From: Raphidiopsis brookii D9
GTDB taxonomy: Bacteria > Cyanobacteriota > Cyanobacteriia > Cyanobacteriales > Nostocaceae
Reading direction: 5' to 3'
Length of the DNA stretch: 32,000 nt
Assembly: GCA_000175855.1 (NCBI GenBank)
Contig: ACYB01000021.1
Location: forward strand, 1 to 32,000
Shown here: positions 9,424 through 18,106 of the stretch, in pieces
Layout of the letters: each line of letters begins with the position of its first letter
Position numbering within the stretch: position 1 is the stretch's first letter
Made by a program: the position numbers and the translations under genes
The notes under the pieces: generated by a model
Told to the model about the DNA's origin: nothing
Seen by the model: the letters and a program-made list of their open reading frames with translations, nothing else
Database searches by the model: none

Positions 9424-10548
9424 CTACAAATTACTCGAGATAGTCTTAAAGGTATCCGCCCCTCCCAAAGAATAATCCTCTAATTTAAAATCTGCAAATG
9501 GTTTTTTCTCTAGTCTGTCTCTCAAGGCCTCATCTAAAATAACTCCCTCATCTTGTTTCTTTACCCCAATAATAATAATGCTCCTTTGATATGCAGTTAA
9601 ATCTTGATTACTCTGACAATCTTTTCTTTGAAATTGTCCAAGATTTAATAGTCTATAGCCTTTAACACTCAAGCTATCACTAAAGATTTTTTTCACCAAT
9701 AACTGAATTTGCTTGGATCTTTCCAAAGCACGACTTTGTTCTGCTCTTATATCACCTTCACAGGAAGCTGTCCCTACGGAAATAATCTCACTGGGATCTT
9801 CCATAATTGTTTGTATCCCTTCCTCCTGTAATCGGGATTTTAAGGATTCAAGATTAATTATTTCATTATTATATTTAATCTGATAGGTACTACCCAACTG
9901 CCATTTATATTCTACCGATAAAACGGCTACATTGAATTCTGCTACTCTCCCTTGACTGTCTTGACCCTCTTCGTATGCAAAGTAGTCTACCTCACCTCTC
10001 TTAACCGGTAATTGTCCATAGTCAGAGGGAAAAACCACAAACCTATTATCTCTATTGGTAAATGCTACTAACCACAGCAAAAACAGTGAACAAAGTAAGG
10101 CCCAAAGTAATGCTAATAGTGGTAGTTTTGCCAATGACTTTTCCGGTTTGGTGTTTGCCTCTGTGACTATTTGTGTATTGAAGCCGCCCATGACATTTTT
10201 CTCCACAACCATACAGTGAAGGGTCATTCCTGTGCTGGTTTGGTGGGTAAAGTACTCTCGTGCCACATCATGAGATTTTAACTCACCTAGATTACTATTT
10301 TCTTTTTCAAATAATTCTCTAGCCTCGTCACCATTAGATACTTCTTGTTTCAGCACTTTAAGTATTTTTAGTCTGTCTTGTTGATAGACTTCATAAACTT
10401 TACTGAATTCAGTGTAATCACTTAATAAACGTACTACCCGATAAGTTCCGAATAATTCCAATTGGGAACCACAACTTTGACAAAAGTAGTTTTTATCATT
10501 ATCTGGATGATTTGGTTCGAGACAAACAGGGTTGATGCAAAGACTCAT
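9424..10548 (-). CDS. 4-Cys Ser/Thr-kinase-like membrane protein with apparently missing kinase C-lobe
   Basis: CxNPxC...CQSCG N-terminal 4-Cys motif, YRVVRLLS...VYEVYQQDRLKILKVLK N-lobe-like, MTLHCMVVEKNVMGG hinge-like, then TM helix LLALLWALLCSLFLLWLVAF. No HRDxxxxN or DFG motif. C-terminal SVGTASCEGDIRAEQSRALERSKQI...AYQRSIIIIGV domain. Confidence 0.7.
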   Translation of the reverse strand: MSLCINPVCLEPNHPDNDKNYFCQSCGSQLELFGTYRVVRLLSDYTEFSKVYEVYQQDRLKILKVLKQEVSNGDEARELFEKENSNLGELKSHDVAREYFTHQTSTGMTLHCMVVEKNVMGGFNTQIVTEANTKPEKSLAKLPLLALLWALLCSLFLLWLVAFTNRDNRFVVFPSDYGQLPVKRGEVDYFAYEEGQDSQGRVAEFNVAVLSVEYKWQLGSTYQIKYNNEIINLESLKSRLQEEGIQTIMEDPSEIISVGTASCEGDIRAEQSRALERSKQIQLLVKKIFSDSLSVKGYRLLNLGQFQRKDCQSNQDLTAYQRSIIIIGVKKQDEGVILDEALRDRLEKKPFADFKLEDYSLGGADTFKTISSNL

Positions 10549-10577
10549 AAGTTAAATGAAAGTTAAAATAGAAGGAG

Positions 10578-11438
10578 CTATATTGCTTGTGCTAGAAATT
10601 CAGCTATACTAAGATTAAATTCTTCTGGGTTACTTAGAAACGGCCAATGGGTTCCTGGGATCTTTTTCCAGGTGAGGTTTTTGAGGTTGTCTTTATAAGG
10701 TTTGATTTGCCAATCTTGACGATTTACTCCTTTTTCAGGTTGAACAAATAAGGTGGGTGTTTCTACGGGGTGTATAAAACCAGCTACTTCTAATACTGCG
10801 TCAAAAATTCCGTCACGAGCAGCCACGGTAAATTTACTACCCCAGGTGCCATCCGGTTTTTGCTCTATTCCTCCTTGAAAAACTTGTTGTTGTAAATCAT
10901 TCCATTCTCGAAAGTGAACCAGTTTTTTGATTTTCTCCTCAGCTGCTTCATAACTGCTAAATGGACCCATGGTTTGCAATGATGGTAAAACATTATATAA
11001 CAAAGGAAAGATTAATTTAAGTACACTAGGCATCTTCCAAATAAAAATCGGGTCTACTAAGGTCATAGTTTTTAACCTGCCTGGATTTTGCCTAGCCCAA
11101 ATAGCTGCTAATTTACCTGTCCAAGAGTGACTAACTACATTAGCACTCAACCAACCAAGACTATTCATTAAGGCTTCCAAATCAGCGATCGCACTTGTAA
11201 AGGAATAATCTGTTTCCGGTTTACTGCTGTTACCATGGCCCCGCATATCGGGAGCTATAATATGGTAATTTGGAGACAGATAATCGCCCAAGCTTAACCA
11301 AACTAGGGCATTATCAGCCATCCCATGGAGTAGTAGTAGGGGTTGATGACCCTGATTCCATTCCAAATAGGAAATTTCCATATTGGGTGTTGACAGTGTT
11401 TTGCGCGCGTGACTCATATAAATTAGGCGAATATCCAA
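10578..11438 (-). CDS. Alpha/beta fold hydrolase
   Basis: 286 aa; LLLLHGMADNALVWLSLGDYL, DMRGHGNSSKP, nucleophile elbow-like SHSW, C-terminal IPGTHWPFLSNPEEF. Confidence 0.85.
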   Translation of the reverse strand: MDIRLIYMSHARKTLSTPNMEISYLEWNQGHQPLLLLHGMADNALVWLSLGDYLSPNYHIIAPDMRGHGNSSKPETDYSFTSAIADLEALMNSLGWLSANVVSHSWTGKLAAIWARQNPGRLKTMTLVDPIFIWKMPSVLKLIFPLLYNVLPSLQTMGPFSSYEAAEEKIKKLVHFREWNDLQQQVFQGGIEQKPDGTWGSKFTVAARDGIFDAVLEVAGFIHPVETPTLFVQPEKGVNRQDWQIKPYKDNLKNLTWKKIPGTHWPFLSNPEEFNLSIAEFLAQAI

Positions 11439-11618
11439 ATGATCTGGCAGAAAATCACCTATTGCTCAGGAAAAGTGGTAGCATAAATTATATGACATAA
11501 CATTATGAATAGATGATACTCCAATTTTAACAACAACAACTCTAATAAGTTGAAGCCTTGGTTAGGAGAAAACCTTAACTTGTGTATTTGTTAACATTAG
11601 TTAACAAAAAATTATCGG

Positions 11619-13014
11619 ATGAAAGAGTTCAACACAGCAGGTATTTGCTTACCTAAAAAGCACTACATGTGCGACATAACCGCTAAATTCAATAGATGTC
11701 GCCACTTAATCGAAAGTGGTAAATATTTTGCCATTAACTTTCCAAGGCAATATGGAAAAACCACCATGCAGCATCTCTTGGAAAAAAGTTTTCAGGGGGT
11801 GGAAGAATATCTGGTGATCAGTACCAGTTTCGAGGGTATTGGCGACCTACCGTTCCAAAGCGAAGAGCAGATGGCATCGGTAGTTCCCGCAGTTTTGGCC
11901 AAAGGTTTATTCTTCAACAACCCAGAACTTGCTGACTGGCTTGAAGTTAAGTCCAAGCAAATCAATAGCTTCAAACAGCTTTCAAGATTTGTCAGCGATT
12001 GGGTTAGGGAATCAAAGTTAAAAGCTGGATCGGGATGAGGAACGTAAACTGAATAGCCCCTGGAACATTGCTGTGGACGTGGATATTGACTTCACCTTCA
12101 GTCAGGAGGAAATTGAGCCAATGCTCGCTGACTACGCAAGTGAGCATGGATTTCAAATGGACTGCCCTGTTTTGGCCCGGCTTCTATTTTATTATACCAG
12201 TGGCAATCCCTTCCTGGTTAGCAAGATGTGTCAGGTGATTGACGAGATGCACCAGAACCAGCGACCTTGGTCAGTTAGTGACATTGAGGATGCCTATAAG
12301 CATTTAGTGGATGTATCCTACTCAAACACCAATTTTAATGACGTGTACAAGAATATTGAAAATAATCCCGACTTTTCCCAGTTAGTTCGGGCAATAGCCA
12401 TTGATGGGGAGGATTTAGTCTTTGATCGGGGTAACCCCTTGATTGATCTGGGAGCAACCTATGGTATTATCAAGAGCAATTCAGTAGGTAGATGCGACAT
12501 CGCCAACAAAATCTACGAGTTCAGAATTATCAGCTATTTTATTTCTAAACGGGAAACTGCCCACCAGCATCTTGATAGATACCGAGATAGCGGCTTTATA
12601 AGCAACGGTAAGCTTCAGATCAGCTTGATTTTGGAGAGGTTCCAGTGGTTTATGCGGGAGCATCATTCCTCTCGGGACAACGATTTTCTAGAAAAGAACG
12701 GACGTATGTTACTCATGTCCTTCTTCCGTCGGATTATCAACGGTAATGGATACATGTTCAAGGAGAATGTGGTTGCGGAAAACCGTAGGATGGATTTGGT
12801 TGTCACTTACAAAAACCAGCGCTACGTGATTGAACTGAAAATTTGGTACGGTGAGAAGCGTCTTCAGGATGGGATTGAGCAGCTTTGCAGCTACCTAGAC
12901 TCCTATGGACTAAATGAGGGACATATACTCATTTTTAACTTCAACAGTAACAAAACCTACGATATACGGGAGATTAATCACCAGGGGAAACACCTCACTG
13001 CCTTCTTCGTGTAG
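11619..13014 (+). pseudogene. AAA-like ATPase / PD-(D/E)XK nuclease-domain protein disrupted by internal deletion and frame change
   Basis: 5' piece 11619-12038 has FAINFPRQYGKTTMQHLLE (Walker A). 3' piece (GTG 12073-13014) has DVDIDFTFSQEEI...ARLLFYYTSGNPFLVSKMCQVID... and RRMDLVVTYKNQRYVIELKIW. The frame before 12073 encodes LDRDEERKLNSPWNIAV and is closed by TAA at 12019. The Walker B segment is absent. Confidence 0.75.
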
Positions 13015-13027
13015 CAGCAAAGAAGTT

Positions 13028-13055
13028 AGGTTGGGTTGAGGAACGAAAATCAACA
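13028..13055. repeat. Degenerate short dispersed repeat-like sequence
   Basis: AGGTTGGGTTGAGGAACGAAAATCAAC resembles the common cyanobacterial intergenic palindrome GTTGGGTTTCGTTCCTCAACCCAAC; recalled, not searched. Confidence 0.4.
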
Positions 13056-13078
13056 TCATCTGTTTAATTAATTATTAA

Positions 13079-14602
13079 TTGATTATAATGAAGAAAAAGC
13101 AAAAAAAATTTAAGCATACTGGCAGACATATCGCTGCTTATATAATACTAATAATTGCCATTATCAGTATTAATACTCTTATTAAACCATCGATTGTAGT
13201 AGGGCAAACACCCACATTAAATGCTAAGGAGGAAGTAAATCACACTTGTGCATCTCAAATACCATCTTCCATAGAGAAGATAATAAAATCTCCTACGTTT
13301 GAAAGAATGAGGTGGGGAATTTTGATTAAAAACCTATCATCTGACCAAATTATTTACAGTCGGGATGCCCAAAAGTATTTTATTCCTGCATCTACTACCA
13401 AAATATTAACTACAGCAGCAGCATGGCAAAAACTGGGCAAAGACTTTCGCATTCGTACCTCAATTTATCAAGGAGATGAAGGTAGTTTTTATTTAGTTGG
13501 TAGGGGAGATCCCAGTTTTAATAATGTCCAATTAACCGCCCTAGCCCAGAAATTGCAGCAACGGGGAATTCGGTCAATTAACAAGCTAATTGTGGATAAT
13601 AGTTACTTTCAAGGAGAATACATTGATTCCAGCTGGCAATGGGAAGATATACAAGCCGATTATGGTGCCCCAGTCAATAGTTTAATGGTGAATGAAAATA
13701 CTGGAATTTTGACTTTATCTCCCAACAAGATAGGGGAAAAATTAAACATTACTTGGTCTAATAATATAGAACTATATGGTAGAATAGAAAATAATTCTAT
13801 CACCGTTGCTGAAAATGAACCGAGATTTGTCCAAGTCACCAGAGATCTAAAAGGTCAAATATTAAAGATTGATGGCAAACTGCCTATTAATTCCCCTTCT
13901 CAAACCATAGGGTTATCAGTTATTGACCCTATAGATAACTTCTTAAAAAATTTGCGGTTTACCTGGGCAAAAGTAGGGATAACCGTTAAGGAAATTCAAC
14001 CTGTTTTTGAATACCAACACTATAAAATAGCTGAACAAAAACCAGAAATAGCCGTTGTTGAATCCCTTGTCTTGCCAGATTTAGTCAAAGAAGCAAATAT
14101 GAATAGTAATAATCTGTACGCTGAAGCTCTACTCAGACATTTGAGTAATAGCGAACCAACTAATAAATATGAAACCACTGTAAACCAAGGCTTAAAAATA
14201 CTAAAAACTACCCTGGGTGAATGGGGAATAGAACCTAATACTTATATGATTGTGGATGGTTCTGGACTGTCTCGCAAGAACCTAATTAGTCCAGAAGCAT
14301 TGGTAGAAACATTACAGGTGATGGCAAAATCACCTGATGGCAATCTGTTTCGTGCATCCCTAGCTACCGGTGGTATGACTGGTACCCTAAAAAATCGGTT
14401 TTTAAAAACACCTGCTTGGGGAATAGTTCAAGGAAAAACAGGTTCCATGACTGGTGTAATTTCTCTGTCTGGATATATTAATGTTCCTGACTATGATGAT
14501 TTAGTGTTTAGCATGATAGTTAATCAATCACAACAGCCATCAGCAGTCAGAAAAGCAATGGATGAAATCATCATTTTACTGGCAAAATTGCACAAATGTT
14601 AG
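13079..14602 (+). CDS. dacB: D-alanyl-D-alanine carboxypeptidase/endopeptidase, PBP4 family (S13)
   Basis: 507 aa; catalytic STTK (FIPASTTKILTTAAAW), SNN (MNSNNLYAEALLRH), KTG (GKTGSMTGVISLSGY); N-terminal hydrophobic signal. Confidence 0.92.
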   Translation: MIIMKKKQKKFKHTGRHIAAYIILIIAIISINTLIKPSIVVGQTPTLNAKEEVNHTCASQIPSSIEKIIKSPTFERMRWGILIKNLSSDQIIYSRDAQKYFIPASTTKILTTAAAWQKLGKDFRIRTSIYQGDEGSFYLVGRGDPSFNNVQLTALAQKLQQRGIRSINKLIVDNSYFQGEYIDSSWQWEDIQADYGAPVNSLMVNENTGILTLSPNKIGEKLNITWSNNIELYGRIENNSITVAENEPRFVQVTRDLKGQILKIDGKLPINSPSQTIGLSVIDPIDNFLKNLRFTWAKVGITVKEIQPVFEYQHYKIAEQKPEIAVVESLVLPDLVKEANMNSNNLYAEALLRHLSNSEPTNKYETTVNQGLKILKTTLGEWGIEPNTYMIVDGSGLSRKNLISPEALVETLQVMAKSPDGNLFRASLATGGMTGTLKNRFLKTPAWGIVQGKTGSMTGVISLSGYINVPDYDDLVFSMIVNQSQQPSAVRKAMDEIIILLAKLHKC

Positions 14603-14627
14603 TTGACACCGCCACCAATCCCAGATA

Positions 14628-15305
14628 CTAATACTCAATTCCCGGTTGAGCTTTAACTCCTTGATCCTTAAAAGGGTGTTTAATCAAAGTCATTTCCGTA
14701 ACTAAATCCGCTTTTTCAATTAAAGCTGGTGGAGCACCCCGACCAGTTAAAATCACGTGCTTATCAGGGGGTTTTTCAGCTAAACCTGCTAAAACCTGAT
14801 CCACTTTTAAATAACCAAGTTTTAGGGCAATATTAATTTCATCTAACAAAACCAAGTGAAACTCGCGATGGCGAATAAACTCTAAGGACTTTTCCCAAGC
14901 AACATTAGCCTTATCTAAGTCCCTGTCCCGGTCTTGGGTTTCCCAGGTAAAACCCTCACCCATGGCATGAAATTCCAGTTGATCCGACCAGGAGCTAAAA
15001 ACCCGCTTTTCTGATGGTTCCCAAGCACCTTTAATAAATTGCACAATTGCCACTTTATATCCATGTCCCAGTGCCCTTACTACCATCCCCAAAGCAGCAG
15101 TGGTTTTCCCCTTGCCATGACCAGTATTAACTATAATTAACCCCTTTTGAGGAATGGCATCCGCTATACGTTGATCTTGTATCTGTTTACGGCGCTGCAT
15201 TTTTTGACGATACTGCTCATCGCTTAAAGATGATGATATGACCTCATCAATCAACCTGCTAATTTCTTGATCCCCACCCAACTGATCCGATGTGTTTCTA
15301 CTCAT
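14628..15305 (-). CDS. cobO: Cob(I)yrinic acid a,c-diamide adenosyltransferase
   Basis: 225 aa; GLIIVNTGHGKGKTTAALGMVVRALGHGYKVAIVQFIKG, LVLLDEINIALKLGYL, HVILTGRGAP, EVTLIKHPFKDQGVKAQPGIEY. Confidence 0.95.
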   Translation of the reverse strand: MSRNTSDQLGGDQEISRLIDEVISSSLSDEQYRQKMQRRKQIQDQRIADAIPQKGLIIVNTGHGKGKTTAALGMVVRALGHGYKVAIVQFIKGAWEPSEKRVFSSWSDQLEFHAMGEGFTWETQDRDRDLDKANVAWEKSLEFIRHREFHLVLLDEINIALKLGYLKVDQVLAGLAEKPPDKHVILTGRGAPPALIEKADLVTEMTLIKHPFKDQGVKAQPGIEY

Positions 15306-15403
15306 CCGTGTATCTTTATCCCATAAGAACTGGAAAAAATTAAGGTTCTAAAGATCTGCTATATAAAACCTAGACAAAACTAGACTTTACTTTCTACTTC
15401 AAC

Positions 15404-15478
15404 GGGAGCGAGCGTTTATCCCTCAGTAGACTTGCACGCCTTAGCCAGACGCGATAACATGATTGCTCTCCTGCTCCC
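15404..15478. other. Candidate structured element between the 15484-15837 gene and cobO
   Basis: Nested complementarity by hand: GGGAGC(15404-15409)/GCTCCC(15473-15478), GAGC(15410-15413)/GCTC(15465-15468), GTT/AAC and ATC/GAT (15414-15420 with 15453-15458). Confidence 0.4.
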
Positions 15479-15483
15479 CAAGA

Positions 15484-15837
15484 TTAAACAATTAATCGCA
15501 TAAAGTAGTTAATCAATGTAGAAGCAATTGACAAAACAATTGATCCTAAAAAAGCAGGTACAAAACCATCAATCCGAAAACCATAAGTAGCAGCTATCTT
15601 ACTAGCTAACAAAAGACATAAAGCATTAACAACAAAACTGAATAGTCCAAAAGTGATAAAAGTAACTGGGAATGCCAGAATATTCAAAATTGGACGAACA
15701 ATAGCATTGACAAGTGCGATAATGACCGCTGCGATTAGCGCAGCTACCGGACTAGTAATCGTAAAGCCAGAAACAAATTTAGATGTGACTAACAGTGCCA
15801 ATGCTGTGCCGATCCAAGTTAGTAAAAGGTGTTTCAT
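15484..15837 (-). CDS. Small membrane protein, phage holin family (YvlD-like)
   Basis: 117 aa, four hydrophobic segments; MKHLLLTWIGTALALLVTSKFVSGFTI...AIIIALVNAIVRPILNILAFPVTFITFGLFSFVVNALCLLLAS typical of the YvlD/holin-4 family. Confidence 0.82.
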   Translation of the reverse strand: MKHLLLTWIGTALALLVTSKFVSGFTITSPVAALIAAVIIALVNAIVRPILNILAFPVTFITFGLFSFVVNALCLLLASKIAATYGFRIDGFVPAFLGSIVLSIASTLINYFMRLIV

Positions 15838-15889
15838 GCTAGTTATGGGTTGATTAGCGATCGCAACTGACCCAATTCTACACTAAAAA

Positions 15890-16753
15890 TCAAGGTAGTC
15901 TAGGTAGTCGTTGGATAAAAACTTCCCAAGTCTGTGCACCTGCTACACCATCTGCAGTTAAACCATAACGGAGTTGAGCTGCTTTAACTGCTCTCTCCAG
16001 AGTGAGACTAAATTTACCATCTAGGGGGGAAGAAAAAAATCCTAGAGATCTGAGCAATCTTTGTAATTTTGTCACTTCTGCACCAGTATTGCCCAAACGC
16101 AAAATGGGCCACCCAGATTGGGTATACTGGATTTTAGGATTTCGCTGATTAACAGGAGTAGGTTTAAAAACCATGATTGGTTGGGTAGGTGGCTTAGTAA
16201 CAACTTGTCGAGGCTGAGTAGTTTTCCCTGTTATATTGTTGTTACTGTTACCTTCTCTACCATTTCTTGTGGTAGGTTGTCTATTCTCAGGTTTATTACG
16301 GGGGGTACTGCTGATAGCAGGTGGTGGTGCGGTAGTGGTGGCAATATTTGGCACACTAGGAAAAAGTTTCTGCCAGGTTATGGTATCCACAATACCATCA
16401 GGAGCAAGACCAACTACTTGCTTGAACTGAGAAACTGCTTTGGCTGTGGAGTCTCGATAAACCCCATCCACAGGTCCCGAATAGAAACCCAAAAGTGCCA
16501 GTGTGGCTTGCAATTCTGATACTGATTCGCCTTGACTACCAATTTTTAGTATGGGACGGTTGATACTGCCAACACCAGTTACCTGGGCAATTTCCGTACC
16601 TTGGGGAGGGGTAATCCGGGGAATTGGACTGTATGCCATGGACAGCATGTTGCCACCCATGGCACTGAGAGGAGTTATAATCAGTAATGTCCAGTAGTGA
16701 ACCTTGCTGATGTGCCCGATCCAATTAGTCGAGTTGCTCAAATTATGTCGCAT
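15890..16753 (-). CDS. Peptidoglycan-binding protein with two PG_binding_1 repeats
   Basis: ILKIGSQGESVSELQATLALLGFYSGPVDGVYRDSTAKAVSQFKQVVGLAPDGIVDTITWQKLF and a second copy ILRLGNTGAEVTKLQRLLRSLGFFSSPLDGKFSLTLERAVKAAQLRYGLTADGVAGAQTWEVF, separated by a Pro/Asn/Thr-rich linker. Confidence 0.88.
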   Translation of the reverse strand: MRHNLSNSTNWIGHISKVHYWTLLIITPLSAMGGNMLSMAYSPIPRITPPQGTEIAQVTGVGSINRPILKIGSQGESVSELQATLALLGFYSGPVDGVYRDSTAKAVSQFKQVVGLAPDGIVDTITWQKLFPSVPNIATTTAPPPAISSTPRNKPENRQPTTRNGREGNSNNNITGKTTQPRQVVTKPPTQPIMVFKPTPVNQRNPKIQYTQSGWPILRLGNTGAEVTKLQRLLRSLGFFSSPLDGKFSLTLERAVKAAQLRYGLTADGVAGAQTWEVFIQRLPRLP

Positions 16754-16813
16754 ACAAAGGATTTAGCTCAAGAATTTGACATCTCAATTTTATCTCATGC
16801 GGTAGTTAGTTCA

Positions 16814-18097
16814 CTACTTTGAGGTAATCGCTTCCCCAGGGCCAACCAAAGATAAGTAGGGTGTTTTTAAATAACTATTGGCTACTGTCATAGCTAATTC
16901 AGGACTGACCTGATTGATTAACTGAGGAAACTCATGGTCGAATTCAATACCTAATCCTAAAATTTCATACCACCCATATATGTGGGCAATTTGTCCATTG
17001 GTTTGTTTCCCTAAGGCGTAGTGTCCTAAGATTTTATTTTTCGCGGTTTGTAATTCTTCCGGGGAAAGTTCAATCTGAGAAAGTCTTTCTACTTCCTTAC
17101 CCAACTCTTTGATTGCCCTGCTAGTATTCTCCGGTGCAGTACCCATATACACTATAAATGATGCTGGATATGGTTTAGTAGAATAAATGGCTGAGATTTC
17201 GTAGGCTAAACCTCTTTTTTCTCGCAATTCTACAAATAGACGGCTAGAAAGTCCATTTCCTAGGTATGTGGATAATAATTTGAGGACAGGGTATGCGGGA
17301 GAATTTATGGAACTCCCCATATAACCCAGCATAATTATTGACTGCTGTGTATTTAAGGGTTGAAGACAAGATTTGGGAGCAATGGAAATTTTGGGTAAAT
17401 CAAGTACATGTCTTGCTGTGTTTGGTAGTGGCCAATCGCCAAAAACTTCTGTGACCACTTCTATAGCAGTTTTAGCTGTTATCCTCCCAGCAATACTGAT
17501 AACTATATTGTCTGGACGAAAATGGTTTTGATGAAATTCAACCAAGTCTTTATAGTTAATGCTATGAATACTTGCTTCTGTACCTAGCAGTGACCTAGCA
17601 TAGGGATGATTTTGGTACATTGCTTCGCGGATCTGTTGAAAAGCTAGATTAAAGGGTTGTTCTTTTTGAGAACGAACATCCTGTATTGCTAATCGCTTTT
17701 CCAGTTCTATTTGTTTTTCAGGAAATGTGGGCGATTTCAACAATAAACCTGACAGAGCTAAAATTTCTGCAAAATCAGCACTGACTGTTTTTAAAGAGAG
17801 CAAAAAGTAATCTGTACTTGCATTTATGCTTAAATTTGCACCTACGGATTCAACTTTTTCAGCAATTTCTAGACTGGAAAAACCATCACAACCTTTGGTC
17901 ATGACTGCTGATAATAAATTTGCCAACCCTGCTTTTTCTGGATTTTCATGACAGCTACCAGCACGAACAAAAATTTTGGCTGCTATAATATCCGCTATGG
18001 GGTTTTCAGCTATCAATAACACTATGCCATTTCCTAGTGTTGTGCGATGGATGGAAAATTTACACTCATCTATATCGTTATTGTTTCTGTTCTGCAT
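16814..18097 (-). CDS. M16 family peptidase-like subunit lacking HxxEH
   Basis: 427 aa; pitrilysin fold (LGNGIVLLIAENP...ADIIAAKIFVRAGSCHE) with NLLSA in place of HxxEH; has RLFVELREKRGLAYEISA. Confidence 0.88.
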   Translation of the reverse strand: MQNRNNNDIDECKFSIHRTTLGNGIVLLIAENPIADIIAAKIFVRAGSCHENPEKAGLANLLSAVMTKGCDGFSSLEIAEKVESVGANLSINASTDYFLLSLKTVSADFAEILALSGLLLKSPTFPEKQIELEKRLAIQDVRSQKEQPFNLAFQQIREAMYQNHPYARSLLGTEASIHSINYKDLVEFHQNHFRPDNIVISIAGRITAKTAIEVVTEVFGDWPLPNTARHVLDLPKISIAPKSCLQPLNTQQSIIMLGYMGSSINSPAYPVLKLLSTYLGNGLSSRLFVELREKRGLAYEISAIYSTKPYPASFIVYMGTAPENTSRAIKELGKEVERLSQIELSPEELQTAKNKILGHYALGKQTNGQIAHIYGWYEILGLGIEFDHEFPQLINQVSPELAMTVANSYLKTPYLSLVGPGEAITSK

Positions 18098-18106
18098 TCT
18101 TACTAG

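Noticed and set aside
11619-13078. Defence or CRISPR-associated system based on the ATPase/nuclease gene
   Set aside because: No CRISPR repeats, cas genes, methyltransferase or other defence partners nearby; the gene is disrupted and the family is generally stand-alone.
15306-15483. AdoCbl riboswitch ahead of cobO
   Set aside because: I could not find the conserved B12-box or the GCCACTG-type core; reported only as an unassigned structured element.
16118-16519. 133-aa plus-strand ORF and neighbours inside the peptidoglycan-binding gene
   Set aside because: Low-complexity translation opposite a recognisable PG-binding protein.
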